64,000 nucleotides of DNA from the human T2T-CHM13v2.0 reference genome, Homo sapiens. Location of the stretch: NCBI RefSeq assembly GCF_009914755.1, contig NC_060926.1; one strand, given 5' to 3'. The translations under genes and the position numbers were made by a program. The notes under the pieces were generated by a model, which was not told the origin of the DNA, made no database searches, and saw only the letters and a program-made list of their open reading frames with translations. Shown here in pieces: positions 43,547-56,560 of this stretch (the first letter of the stretch is position 1; every line of letters begins with the position of its first letter).

Positions 43547-45347
43547 CTGCATCAGAAAGAGCTGTTACTAGAGCTCAGCTCCACTCCTGGGACTCCTGGG
43601 CAGGGCCATGTCCAGTGCAGAGAGTTCTGTGGGGTTGTGTTGTGAACTCTGGATTGGAGACCTAAGGCCTGGATCCCAATCCCCACAGTTACTACTTGAG
43701 AAACAAGTTAATTTTCTAAACCTTGGTTTCCTCCTCTTAAACACAGGAGAGGTTGTATAGTCCCTACTGTGTGAAAAATATTTCTTAAACTGTAAAGTCA
43801 AAGTCTATTTTATAATGATAAGTGAAATTCCAGAGTTCCCAGCTACATGTGAGCTTATGCATTGGTGGTAACCATCAGAGCCTTGAAATGGCATGAACCA
43901 CCCAAGCACAACTAGAGACAGGAAAACAGGCAGTGAGATGGCAATTACAGTACTCTTCTATCCAAGCATGCTTATCAAAGCCAGAATAAGAGAGAGCGAG
44001 CTAATGTGAAAACCATTAGATTCAAATACATGGAAGAATGAAGATAAGTCAAGATAGAGATGAATTGATACACATCAGAAGACTGGACTGACAATGGGGG
44101 AGCTCTGCAAGGGAGTGGGGAGGCGTAGAGGACCATCATAGCATGGACGTGCTGCGAGGACTGGAGAAGATGGTGCATTAAAATGCATCTGCAGCACATA
44201 GCAGGTGCTCGATCACTGGCTCTCTTTTCTTTTTCCATTGTAACGTATTACTAAAAATGGCCCTGATGTAAAGGTTTTGTTAGTTCATTGACAAGCATTG
44301 TATCCAGGGGAGAGGGCCTTGGCCCTATAATCAGAGAGGTGCAGCTCAGGAAGAGGAATCAGTAAATTTGCTGCCCAAGAGTGACTCAACAGCTCTTGAG
44401 GTTCTGCCCAAGACCTCCTGGTGACAAGGCTCTCTGGGCAGAAGTTCTGTAGATCACTAGAGCCTGGAGGTAAAAAAGAGGGACACCCTGGGTTATGGGC
44501 TCATTCAAACCAACCATCCCGACAGGCAGGTGCCCAGAGGAAGGGATGCATATGCATCCCTGGGTGCAAACACACAACAAACACACTCACACACACAAAT
44601 GCATTGTTTACGCAGCCTCTTTTATCAAAGATATATAAGCACACTCTTGTTCGTCTTCACAGGGAGCTATTTCACTCAACAATGCCACAAACAGGGAATG
44701 AGAGGGACAGGGAGGGAATGTGACTTTCCCAAGGCCATGATCAACAAGATTCATCTCAGGGGAGCTCAAAGACAGGCTCAGATGCGCCTACCTGTGGGAC
44801 TTCAGCAGGGACATACCTGCCAAGACAGGGCAGGGATAGTCTCCCTTGTGTCTAGGTAGTGCTCTCTAGGCTCAAGGACAGACAGGTATGACTATTTCCA
44901 CTGCTGAGTCTTGGGGAGGCTGAGGACAGGGTGACCAATTATGTTTCCAGCATCACAAGGCCAGTATGTGGCAAAGACAAGGGTCCAACCTAGGCCCTGA
45001 CACTTTTCCTGTGTTCTTTCTGCAGCGCTCTCCCTTGTCCTGGACATTTACTGGAGGGTGGTGAGCCCACTCTCCTCCCAGGAAGCGGGAGGGTGTTAGT
45101 GGAAGGATATTGGCACAGCATGGAGGGCTAGGGGAGAATCACATCAGAGATTCTCCAACTTGGCCCCTACAGCAATCATTTTACTTAGAGGAGCAGTCGC
45201 TGTCTCTTCATGCTGACAAACTCCCCTCCTTTCAGCTTCAGGCTCATGGTCCAGAATCAAGGACCAGAGAGAGCTGAAGCCATGCAAGGGCTGGGCTGGG
45301 GCAGCCAGCTTCCAGTTGGGCAGTGTGACCACCAGCGTCATGATTAC

Positions 45348-45493
45348 CTGCAGTGTTTCCTAGAATCACTTGCTTCCTAAACATTATTTGGGACCATCCT
45401 TCGTGGAGTGTGTTTCCATGGTCCAGGGTAATTGGAATTTCGCTACATATAAACATGGCGATGAATTTCTGTTGGAAATCTTGACACGACATC
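45348..45493 (-). CDS. CAPN13: CAPN13 coding exon (~10): [10 protein letters not shown]...VILGNTA
   Basis: 146 nt; acceptor ttaacag, donor G|gtaatc; end of CysPc and start of C2-like domain. Confidence 0.95.
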
Positions 45494-46584
45494 CTGTTAA
45501 AAACAGATATACATCACTCAGTGACCAGGGGTTGTGTCCCCAGGGTGGGGGTTCCTATGACTTCACAGCATAGCCACTGTCCTGCCCAGAGGCCAGTGTC
45601 TGATCCTGGCTCATTCACCATCAAGCACCCTTCTATCTTTTCAGTCCTTCTGCTCCAGTGGCTGGGAGGGCAAGGCAAGGACACAGTCAAGTTCTGGGGT
45701 CTGCCGGTCACCTGGCAGCAGCTTTATCATTTACTGCCATCTCCTTAACCCATTGATCCGATGGTGAGCCCTTTCATGATCAGTGGGACGACGGCCAGTC
45801 TCTCTCTGCTCTGGGTCCTCTAAGCTGCTAGGAAAATTGCTTTTCCCCTAGGGTGTTTTGCCAAATTTATTGTTGAGGTCTTTATCAGCCTAAAATGGAT
45901 TCCACACCTAAAATCCCACCTCCTACTGTGATTAAACCAGAGATACTGGGAAAGATTTCCTTCTAATTTATATTTGTCCCTCTGATTCTTAATTATTTAG
46001 ATCCATGCTCCTTTCCACACATGCTAATTTCCATTGAAATGCATCACTCCGTAAACCAGACAACCCTCTGAGGAATGTACACGTCATGCTCTAAGATGTG
46101 AGCATATGGCCGAGAACGTGTTTTCAAAACATCTAGTCCTGTGTGACTTCTGGGTGATGAAGTCCATGTCTCACCCAGAGCTATAGAGTCTGCATCCTGC
46201 TGCTGTTTTTGACGTCATGCTAGAGGAAACTGGGGAGCTCGAGGGTCCCAGCAAGATGGTACAGAGGATATGGGCATGACAACCATGCATCCTAGCTTCC
46301 AGGAAACCACAGATTTCAAGCCTTTGGTGCCAATGTTCTCTTTTACTATTAAAATGTCCTGGAAAGTTCAGCATTTCATAACTGAAATAACTTTCCCACC
46401 AAGAGGGAGCCTACAATAATTTTTCATCCAAAGTTTTTGTGTCTTGGTAGAGAAAATAGGCTCCCTCTAAACAGGTCTCTGCAAAGCTATTTTCCACCTT
46501 CATAAATGTTCAGGGAAAAGGGTAGGGATTGAAGACTTGGGCAATAAAAGATTTAAAACACCATTGTATAAGAAGGGTAAATAC

Positions 46585-46659
46585 CAAAACTCGCCATCTT
46601 CCCGTTTCTTATGTAGCTGGCTTTTCCGCGGATCACAGGTTTCCTCCCACTCCTGAGAC
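46585..46659 (-). CDS. CAPN13: CAPN13 coding exon (~9): [25 protein letters not shown]
   Basis: 75 nt, phase 2/2; acceptor gctcag, donor TG|gtattt; DGEFW motif. Confidence 0.95.
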
Positions 46660-46934
46660 CTGAGCATGGACACACAAACCACAGGGTGAGATTTTCCAGT
46701 GCATTTTTTCTCAACCATGTGTGGGTCAACAGGGACCCTCTGTACATGTCACCATTCCTGGGGAGCACAGGGCAAGTGTCATTCTACCTAGGACAGGACC
46801 CAGTTATTCTCTACCTGTTGACGACTTCCAAACATCTGTCCCCAGCCTGGTCTTCTTTCCTGAAGTCCAGATGGATTTATGCTGTAGTTCACCCCACATT
46901 TCCAAGAGAGTCCCATAGTGACCTCAAATCAACC

Positions 46935-47790
46935 TGTCCCTGACTGTACCCATCCTCTGCCACCTCCTATTGCCTGAGCGAGAACATGAGGAGTCCCTCT
47001 CTCACACCCCCACATCCAAACAATCATCAAATAGCATTCATTGATTGATCCTACCTCTTAAACCCCTCTCAAAGCCAGGCACTTACTTCCATCCTTCCTG
47101 CTGTTACCCTAGTTCAGGCTCCCTGCCCTTCCCTCTGGATATCCACCTGGTCTCCCTGAACTCAGTTCTGCCCACTTTCCCATCCGTTCCCACACTGCCA
47201 TTGAAATGATCTTTCTAAAATGTAAACTTGATTATATTATTTCCCTACTTAAAACCTATCAGTGGTTCCATATTATTCTTAAGGTGAAGTTCACACTCCT
47301 TAAAGAGAACTTTGTCCTCTGCCACCCTCTCCGATGTTACCAGTTTCTTGCTTTCTCACCTTACCCCCACTCTTGAATTCTACTCTCCAGCAATAGTGTC
47401 TTCATTTCCTTAAAACACCACCCCCCCAAGCCCAACTTTCACCCTGATGCTCCCCCTGCACCTGGCGCCCTCTTCCTCCTCTCAGTTCTGTAACCTGCTC
47501 TTACTCATCTTTCCTCTTAAAGGGCATTGCCTCTGGGAAGCCTTGCTTGGCCCCCAAATGCCCTCTATTCCAGGTCTTTTGAGCTTCCATAGCCCACTGT
47601 GTTACCATTACTTTGTGTATTGGTTGCTATGTCTCACTAGACTCCCAGAACCATGAGATTCCTGAGCCTGGCTGGCCATCCTATCATCACAGGTGTTTTG
47701 CCCATGCCTTGGCATGTATTAGGTGGGTGCAAAAGTAATTGCATGCCTAATAGCATACAGTGATTTTTTGTTTGCTTAATTAATTAATGC
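46935..47790 (+). mobile_element. L2 LINE 3' fragment
   Basis: cccacatccaaacaatca...atctttctaaaatgtaaac...cttaaaacc...ctctgggaagcctt. Confidence 0.7.
47719..47750. mobile_element. Internally deleted MADE1 (Hsmar1 MITE) remnant
   Basis: TA|ttaggtgggtgcaaaagtaattgc-atg-cctaa|TA. Confidence 0.75.
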
Positions 47791-50340
47791 TGCCCACTTC
47801 GTTGGAACGATGTGTTCCAGAAGCCAGTCCTTGGGTCTCTGGTGAGGAAGAGACCCTCACAAGCAGAAGGGAGCAGCTGCTCCTTCAGTCCACTCCTTAG
47901 AGGGGAGGCATGCTTGTAAGCAATGGGTTTCAGAGGCACAAAAGCTCAATGAGACCTTTCTCCTGGATGAGCTTGCATGGGGAGCCTGGGTCCCCTCTGT
48001 GCTAGGACAGCAAGGCAGGGGCCACCACTCAGGCTTCTGGCTGCAGGCTGAGGCAGTCAGATGTGGTATTGTAAAATGGCAATTTTATAATTAAGTGATA
48101 ATTACATTTTCTGCAATGTGTGAGGGAGAATAAATGTAGTGTAGATCAATACACTATTGATTCATGCAAGTTTGCCTTTAAGTGTGTGCGACTGAAATTT
48201 TAATTATGGCTGAGATTAGACCATCCGGTGCTCTCCATCCATCTCCATTCCTAAAAAGTAGGGAAGAAATCGACCACCTGCTTGGAGACAGTGATTATGC
48301 AGTCCCCGTCACTTCCTTCCAGCCTGGTTTCTGGTGCAAAGTGGTGACCCTCAGCAGTCAGCCAAGGTACAATACGAGATCCAACAGAACAGGTTCTGCT
48401 AGATCCGTCTCCCCCAGTCCCTGCTCTGCAAACATCACGGCCATGTTCAAAAGCCTTCATTTATGCCCATGCCTGCAGGGGATAAATCCAGACTTCCGGC
48501 ATCAGGCTGTCTTGTGTCAGCTCCCAGCACTCTCTCTCCCAGTTTCCTCTGCCTCAGGCCGGCTTGTTGGCCCGGAACAGACTATCAATGTTCCCAGCTG
48601 GGTGCAATAGCCTATGCGTCCCCCTCCTATCTAGTGATCTCTTCTGAAGTGAGTCATACTTCCTCTGCCACAAGGCCAACTCAAGTTCAGTCCCATCCAT
48701 GAAGCTTTCCCTGAACATGCCAGCCCACGGGAAGCTTCTCTTCCCCAAATCCTGGTGTCCCCTGTTGCCTTCACTGGTCATTTGATATTTAGCATGGGAA
48801 ACACGGGCAAATTATCAATTGTGAATATATTGCCTCTTCTCCTACCCCAGGGAATCTGTCATTGTCATTTGCCTTCCCTCTACTTCTATCCCAAGAGGCA
48901 GCCTCAAATCAGGGGCGCTGGCTGATCCTGTCACCCTCTGGGACATATTTGGCAACTTGGAGTAATGACTGGGAAGGAGAACTGGAAAAGGCCAGAGGTT
49001 ATTAGGATTTGTATTGGAAAGGGCAAAGGATACACCTGGGAAGGAAGAAAGAATAGAGGTGAGAGAGGAGAAACGGGGGCAGGGAGGGGGTTCGGCTGCC
49101 CGATTCTCGCAGGGGCATCTAAGGTCACAGTTAGGTTTATTCTAGGAACTCACTGTGCTGTTTCATCCCTTATTCCATCTCCGCTTACCTCGCCCTCCAT
49201 CCCAATCATACTTTCATCCCACACTGGCTGAGTGCCCAGGGGTGCCAAGGTCATGGGGGATCGGAGCGGTCCTGCCACAGCTTAGCCTGGGGCATCAGGT
49301 CTAGAACTGGCTGGCTCTGCATTCACCTTCCAGAAAGCACCGTCCTCACTGTATTGATTTCACTGTGTGCTGGGCTCGTTCCTGTTCCAAATGGATTGCA
49401 CTTCCTTTCAGATCATGTTCCCCACCCCCAGCCCCACGGGCGATGATGCAGCAGCTGCTGTGTCACGACATTTTTCACGGATGGACACAGACCCTGGAGG
49501 AATGCGACCAGGCTGAGCCTCACTGGCTGCCCAGAGGAGCAAGTAACCTGTTGCGGCCCCTCTGTCCTCTCAGGACTACTGTCTCTTTCATAGTCAGCAA
49601 GGGGCTGGGGGCCTAGGGGTCCACCCCTCTGGCAGCTGGGAAATGCCAGCCCAGTTCCCTGGGGAAAGCACTGACCACACAGCTGGGCCCCCATGGGACA
49701 TCTTAGCTCCTGTCCCTCCTGATCTAAGTGTGGGCAGGCACAGCTTTTCATTTATATCCCAGGCGCCGAGTACTCATGGGCATCCAGAGCAGTAGGGCAA
49801 GACTGGTGAGCTGAGTAGATTGGACAAAAACATCATCCAGATCTTTGCATCAGTTTCCCCAACTGCCCCCAGTTAGGACACCTTTTCCACCCTGATGATG
49901 TGACATGCTCAGGATCAGAATCCCATGGGTCCCTCCAAGGGATGCAGTTCCTTCTCTCCATCTGTGTCTTGGCAAGTCGGGGCTTGGCTCCTGCCTGCCT
50001 TGCCTCCCGCCACTTTTACTAATTCTAGGAATGTGGATTCCCTGCTGTAGACTGTAACCTTCTGGAGGGTGGGCACTGGGTCTTGTCATCCATATATACC
50101 TCACAACACCCACTTAACACAGTGCAGTTAGTACAGGGTGTACACAGTAGGTGCCCCATAGTTGCTTGGCGGATGGCATCACAGGAGCGTGAGATGGACC
50201 GATAGCCACGTGTAGGTGTGAGCTGGACAGGCCTGCAGTGAGATGCGCAGTGGCTAGATAGCCCCTGCTCTCATGGGCAGGAGGCTCTACCGACACCAAG
50301 CGCTCTGTGAAGGATGGAGAGAGGTTTCCAGAAGCCATAC

Positions 50341-50432
50341 CCATCACTCCAGCGCCCTCTCCATTCGGTCTCGCCCCAGCCCCAGGGGTTCCACAGGGAG
50401 ATAATTTCTTCCCAGCCCCTTCGGTATTGAAT
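50341..50432 (-). CDS. CAPN13: CAPN13 coding exon (~8): [30 protein letters not shown], with catalytic Asn (codon 50388-50390)
   Basis: 92 nt; acceptor tttacag, donor GG|gtatgg; NPWG and EWxGxWSD motifs. Confidence 0.96.
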
Positions 50433-51037
50433 CTGTAAAGAAAACAGAAAAGGAAACTCAGTGCTCTACAGCAAAAGTCAGCAGAAAGGGGGATGAATGC
50501 AGCTGCTTTTTACCTCCAAGGACCAATTTAACTTCTGACCTCATTTGGCTGCAGCCAGAAAAAAAATTGAAAGGGAAAAAAAAATCAATGTCTCTCTACT
50601 GCCTGCATGGCGTTGGAATGAGATAGACAAGGAAATGGCCCCTCATTCCGCTCAGCCCCTTGCAAGGGCAGATGCAACTTCATCATTCCCTAAGACTGAA
50701 TCCCAGAACCTGAGTGAGTTGAGATTTAATAGCAGATAAACAGCAGGGGATGTTGCTTCGGGCTGCAGAGAATTTTATGGTTCCCCAGCCTCCTCCAAGC
50801 CCTGTCATGGATGGCATCTGTTCCACAGACGCAGCCTGATTCTCTGCCGGCAGCCCAGTGGGAGCTATGGTGCAGTCTCAACAGCACTGTCGTGAGTGAG
50901 GAGGGTAGAGGAGGCAGATTTGAGCAAGACTGAGATGGCCTGTGAACCAAGATAGCCAAGGCTAGCCCTCCTCGTCCTGCATCCCGGAGCTGATGAGACA
51001 CCTTGGTCTGAGAGAATATGGCCAACAATATCCTGAA

Positions 51038-51525
51038 CTTCCCTCCCTCCCTCTCTTTCCTTTCCTTCCTCCCTCCCTCCCTCCCTTTCCTTCCTCCCTC
51101 CCTTCCTTCTTTCCCTTTCTCCCTCCCTCCATCCTTCAGTCCCTTCCTACCCTCCTTTCCCTTACTCCCTCTCGTCTTCCCTTCTTTCTTTCCTTCCTTT
51201 TCCTCCCTCCCTCCCTTTCTTCCCTCCTTCCTTCTGTTTCTTTCCTTTCTTCCCCCCTTGCCCCTATCCTTTTCCCTTCCCTGCTCCTATTCTTCCCTCC
51301 CTCCCTCCTTCCTTCCCTCCCTCCCTCCCTTCCTCTCTGCCTCCCTTCATCCCTCCCTCCCTTTCTTCCTCTGTCTCTTCCTTCCTCCCTCTTCCCCTTC
51401 CTTATCTTTTTTCCTCCCTCCCTCGTTTTTCTCCTCCTTCCATCCCTCCCTTCCTTCTTTCCCCCCTGCCTTCCCTCTTCTCTCCCTCCCTCCTTTCCTC
51501 CTTCCTGTCTTTTCTTCCTGCCCCC
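51038..51525. repeat. ~490-bp CT-rich low-complexity tract ((CCTT)/(CCCT)-derived)
   Basis: Almost purine-free on the plus strand. Confidence 0.95.
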
Positions 51526-52082
51526 TGTCTGGGGTAACTCATAGTCGTGCACTTCAGATAAGGAGGTCTACCCCTTTGCTCCCTCACACCGCTTAAGCCA
51601 GAGGGCAGGACTGTGGGAAAGTGACAACAACACAGCAGCCAACCCTTGAATCTGCATCCCCGGGAGCCGGCAGCCCTCAGCATGGCGAGAGGAATTAAAA
51701 TATGACTGAGCTGTAGCTGTGATATCAATCTGTGCTAATGTTGTCTGAGGAGACAGAGGCCCAGAGGGGTGAGGAAAGGGGCGAACTTGCTCCATGACTC
51801 TTGGTCAGAGGAGAAGGACAAGTCTGAATAGAATAGACTATCGCTGTGTGGAAGACAAGCAGCAGGTGGACGCAGGGCTCAGAGCTAGGTGCGGGCTGAT
51901 GTGCGCTAAGGAAACGGCACTAGAGAAGCTGAGCAACTTTCTCAATACCGCTGAGACAGCGGCGGAGGCAGAATTCCAATCCAGCCACGGTGAGTATCTA
52001 AAGTCCGGGCTCCTAGTTTTGGAATTAGGCATGAGTAAAGGTTCGTTCTTGGATGTGGCTGTGACCTTGGCCTCGACTGTGA

Positions 52083-52556
<474 letters not shown>

Positions 52557-54569
52557 ATACGCAGTTTATTGTTAACTGCCAGCACCTGACAGAGCCCATG
52601 GAGCAGGGACACAAGCAATGGTCACTTGGTGTCCCAAACAGCTTAATGAGCCACCGTCAGTGCCTCACAGATACTCAGGGGCTCCAGTGGGCATGGTGGG
52701 GAGAAAAGCAGCCTGCGATTCAAAGGGGCTGAAAGCAGGGCTAAACGAGGCATGCAGATAAACACTCACCCCTATGCCCAGGGGAATCGCCGACTGAGCT
52801 AGGTGCATAATAAAAAATGCCAATTTCATTTATCTTCCTGTCTGTGTCCCGCCTAGAGGGAGGATGAGCAGATTAAAAAGCGCGCCACATTTATGGGCTG
52901 GTTTAATCTTAGCACTTGTGGTTCAGAGTTAGAACTGCCTCTCTCTGGAGGAGGAATCTTTAACCAAGTCAAGTTCGTGAGCCCTTGTGTCCCTCCTTTA
53001 TGACAGTGACCTATTGGCGCTCGCATGGGCCTTGGTCTGGGGGAGCAGGGGTCACACGCGAGGCCAAGGCCATGGCTACACCTAAGAATGGGCCAGCCAC
53101 ATGCTTCTTCACTCCCTGGCCTCTGACTCTGCCTCTGACCCTGCTCAGTGCTCAGAAAAGGTGCTACTGGGCAGGAGGTGGCCCGAGTTATCTACCCTGC
53201 AGTAGTACTTCCTCAAATGAATTATCCCGAATGCCAGTTCCACTGGCCATTAACAGTTATTCCTAGCAAAAATGGTTTTGTGGCTAATGGTACAATAAAA
53301 AGCAGCAGTGCTTGCACTGTTCATACAGGCCGCTTGGAGTCCTTAAAATGTGAATGTACACTCTGAATCTCCAAGGAGGGGATATAGTGAGTTGCTTTTC
53401 CAAATGTATTTGGAAACCCATTTTCATAGAGGCTAGTGCTTCTTAGAACACATTCTGGGAAGTGTCAGCTACATGGAATGGTGGAGCAGGGATGGATTAC
53501 ACGGGACATGCGGTCTTGATCACCTGTCTTCCCAGGGGAGGTGCTCTGTTTAGACCACTCGGTATATTATTGAAACAACTCCAAGTGTACACTATGGGGG
53601 CACAAATGTTCGAGCTGTGGGTGTCATGATCAGGAGCCCAAACGGCAGCTGAGCCCACACTTGGACTCCCGAGCTCCCCTTTGTCACCCTAGGTGTTCAC
53701 ATAGCTGCTCTGCAACCCAGCAGTCACTGCCATCTCCACAGCCAGCCTCTGCGGGGACTCATGCTCCAAGGTCATCTGGACCTCTGGGTACACGAATCCC
53801 TTCTCCCCTGTGTTCAGAGGAGAAACAAAGGCTATCTCAATGTATAAAAAGGATCTTGTCCAAGAATGGCAAATACATTGCAAAGGCACCTGACTTCCTC
53901 ATCTCATGCCCCAAACAGGTATTACTAATTGATAACAGCTCTCTTTCCATGAATCTGGAAGTGCTGAGGTCAATTTTGGACAATTACCTATCGTCCAAAA
54001 AGCATTCATTAGAGATTGGAGATACTGTCTTGGTTTTGTGATTGGGACACCGATCAAACCATGAAACAATGGAACAACTGGCCTCAGGTCCATGGACAAG
54101 AGAGACAGATGGGTAGAGAGAGGAAGGACATGTGGGAAAGGAGGAGAGGCCAGGCAAGTATGAGAAAGCCACACATAGAGCCTGATGCTCTGCAGTCCTT
54201 GGTCCATAAAGTCCTGGGAGAAATTATGTGCCCTAGATTTTGGAACTTGGTCTCTCAGGGCTTAGAAGACATTATTAGACCTCAAGTGTTGTGGGAAATA
54301 CAGAGATCAGGGAACACTTGCAGGAAACCATCCCATAGCCAGGAAGTGCTGTCACCGCAAGTGTGGTGACAAATGTAGACGGACACTAAAGAGACAGAGT
54401 GTCCAGGCCAGCTGTCTCTCAGATGCTATCTATCTAACCTCGTGAAAGACATCTCTCCTATCAGGTCTCAGCTTCTTCCTTTATGAACGGAGAAGGTTGT
54501 GCTTCAGTAGTATTTTCCAGGCCAGTGATCACATACATTTTTGTCCAGCCAAAGTCAGTTCTTCCACTG

Positions 54570-54985
54570 AGGAGCACGATTGTCCTACAGTGCCAGCCTC
54601 CTCCTCTTCCATGAGAATAAAGTTTTATCTGGGCATATGGGGCCCAGCTAGACAGTGTATGTCCCAGCCTCCCTTGGCCTTGGTGTGGTCATATAATTAA
54701 GCTTAGACTAATGGGATGTGAGAGAAATGATGCATGCCTCTTCCAATTCATGCCTTCTATATGGACGTATGAGTGTCTCCTGGCCTCTTTCTCTCCCCTG
54801 GCTGGGAGATGAGGGATCAGAGCAGCTGTCTTGGGCACATGGATGGAAGCTCCATGTCGAGGATGGCAGAGCCACCTACTAGTCCTGGCATCACCTGCTT
54901 ACCTGAGAGAGAAATGAACCTTGTCTTAAGACCCTATATTTTGGAGTGTCTTTGTTACAACAATTTAGCTTGCATGTAACAAATA
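54570..54985. mobile_element. MLT1(J/I)-like MaLR solo LTR
   Basis: tcccagcctcccttgg...gtggtcat...aatgggatgtgag...gagagagaaatgaacc...tttgttacaac. Confidence 0.7.
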
Positions 54986-55335
54986 AAACCCCTTTCAGGG
55001 CAAAACTTCCTCCCTGGAGTCAACTGGGTAGTTCATTCTACCTCCTTTGGGGCTAATCTCCCAGTCTAGATAGACAGTCAGAGCTGTCTGAGATCAGCAA
55101 CAGGACAGCAACATCTCTGGTGGGTTCTCAGAAAGGAGGACACTGGGAGTCAGAACTTCTGCTTGAACAGAAGGAGCTGAGGCTGTCCATGGTGCATGTC
55201 ACCACAGAGGCAAGGGTGATATATCCTCATTTCATCTTTCTTGGGCTTTCATGTGATTCTGGCCCCTATTGAGAGGAACAAGAACACTGGGGCAGAGGCC
55301 AGGGGAGAGCTGGACAGGCCAGCAGCCAGCCTTAC

Positions 55336-55410
55336 CTGCTCAGCCCCAGTCACAGTGTAGGCATGGAGACTCACCAGCCCATTCTCCATCGCCTGTGCTG
55401 TATCTGTTGG
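55336..55410 (-). CDS. CAPN13: CAPN13 coding exon (~7): [25 protein letters not shown], with catalytic His (codon 55363-55365)
   Basis: 75 nt; acceptor ccttgaag, donor CAG|gtaagg; calpain GLVxxHAY motif. Confidence 0.96.
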
Positions 55411-56385
55411 CTTCAAGGCAGAAAAGCAGATCAAACATTAGACATCTACAGGTTCTTCAAAGAAATAGAAAAACACAGTCCAAACAGCCACTGAGCCATC
55501 TGGGCCTCACTGACTCACTTGGGACTGGTATATGGCCTGGAACTCTTTTCTAGAGCAGCAGAGTTGGAAGGCCATTGGGTGTCTGAGGCCCCAGGGATTT
55601 CATGCCTCAGGGCACCACCCCCATGAGTGATAGAACCCCGTGGAGTCCCGAGGGCCTGGGTTACTCTCTCCACCAACCACATGTCATCAGTGAGACACGG
55701 CACAAATATGTCTGCTGGGACATTCACAGGAGTCAGGAATCACTTGACCCCCACATTGGGAGTAACTGGAGTTTAAACTGCATCTTGGGCTTCTGGTGGC
55801 ATTTTGGATTAGCAATGTGTGACTCAAAGCCCACATGTTTCAAGATGAAGGAAGCATCCCCATGGATAGAAACCAGATGTCTCAGAACAGACTCAAATAA
55901 TTTGGAGGGTCACCCAAGCTTTTCAAAATGGGTCATGCTGCCCTTGGGTGCTGCCATTAGAGCCAGTGAGCATCAGAGGGCCCTGGGGGGCTCCGTGTAA
56001 ACTTAAGGCAAAATACAAAGGAGCTGAAGCTGCGTTCACCAGTGCATGGTAAAGCCCACTGGTTGCTTGGGAGCTGTAGCAGTAGGTCCAGGCTCTGGCG
56101 CAGCAGCATTGGAAGACTTGTCGAGCCACTTATGAGCTGTGTGTTGGTGAGCACCTTAGGTAGCCTCTCTGAGCCCGCCTTTTCTTCTGTGAAGTGAATT
56201 CTGCAATTTATGTCTTAGAGGCAGGCTACTGCAGGGTTCAATGGGGTGACCCGGGTAAAGCACGCTATCAGTGTTCGTTAATGGTGGCAGCTTGCCACAT
56301 CCTCCTTAGCTGAATGGACCCCTGGCTGAGCATTCCTGGCTGAGGAAAGCTTGAACTGGTGCAAAAGGGCTCCCCATTGACTTAC

Positions 56386-56560
56386 CCCACTTGGAGTGGC
56401 ACAGGTTATCAGGGAGCCTGCCTTGGTCGCTGTCTTCACTGCCTTCACCAGGTCCACAGGGGAAGAGTGCAGATGGATGTTGGTGATCACGCCTCCTGTG
56501 AGGTCCACCAGGGCATCCTCGAGGAAGCCATAGTGCAGATCGGAATAGGATCCGAGCAGC
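56386..56560 (-). CDS. CAPN13: CAPN13 coding exon (~6): [11 protein letters not shown]...TCATPSG
   Basis: 175 nt; acceptor ctcccag, donor GGG|gtaagt; DALVDLTGG motif; visible in ORF 56278..56673. Confidence 0.96.

Noticed and set aside
50349-50368. CTCF-like AGAGGGCGCTG inside the Asn exon (similar half-sites near 5995, 47465 and 48912)
   Set aside because: Only the 3' half of the motif matches; the exonic one is explained by the codons for WRGRW.
50993-51596. 183-, 192- and 138-aa P/S/L/F- or G/R/E/K-rich ORFs
   Set aside because: Translation artefacts of the CT-rich low-complexity tract.
51840-52000. CpG-containing patch ending in a plus-strand donor (ACG|gtgagt), possible antisense exon
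   Set aside because: Overlaps MIR-like sequence, has no partner exon or acceptor, and is too short for a CpG island.
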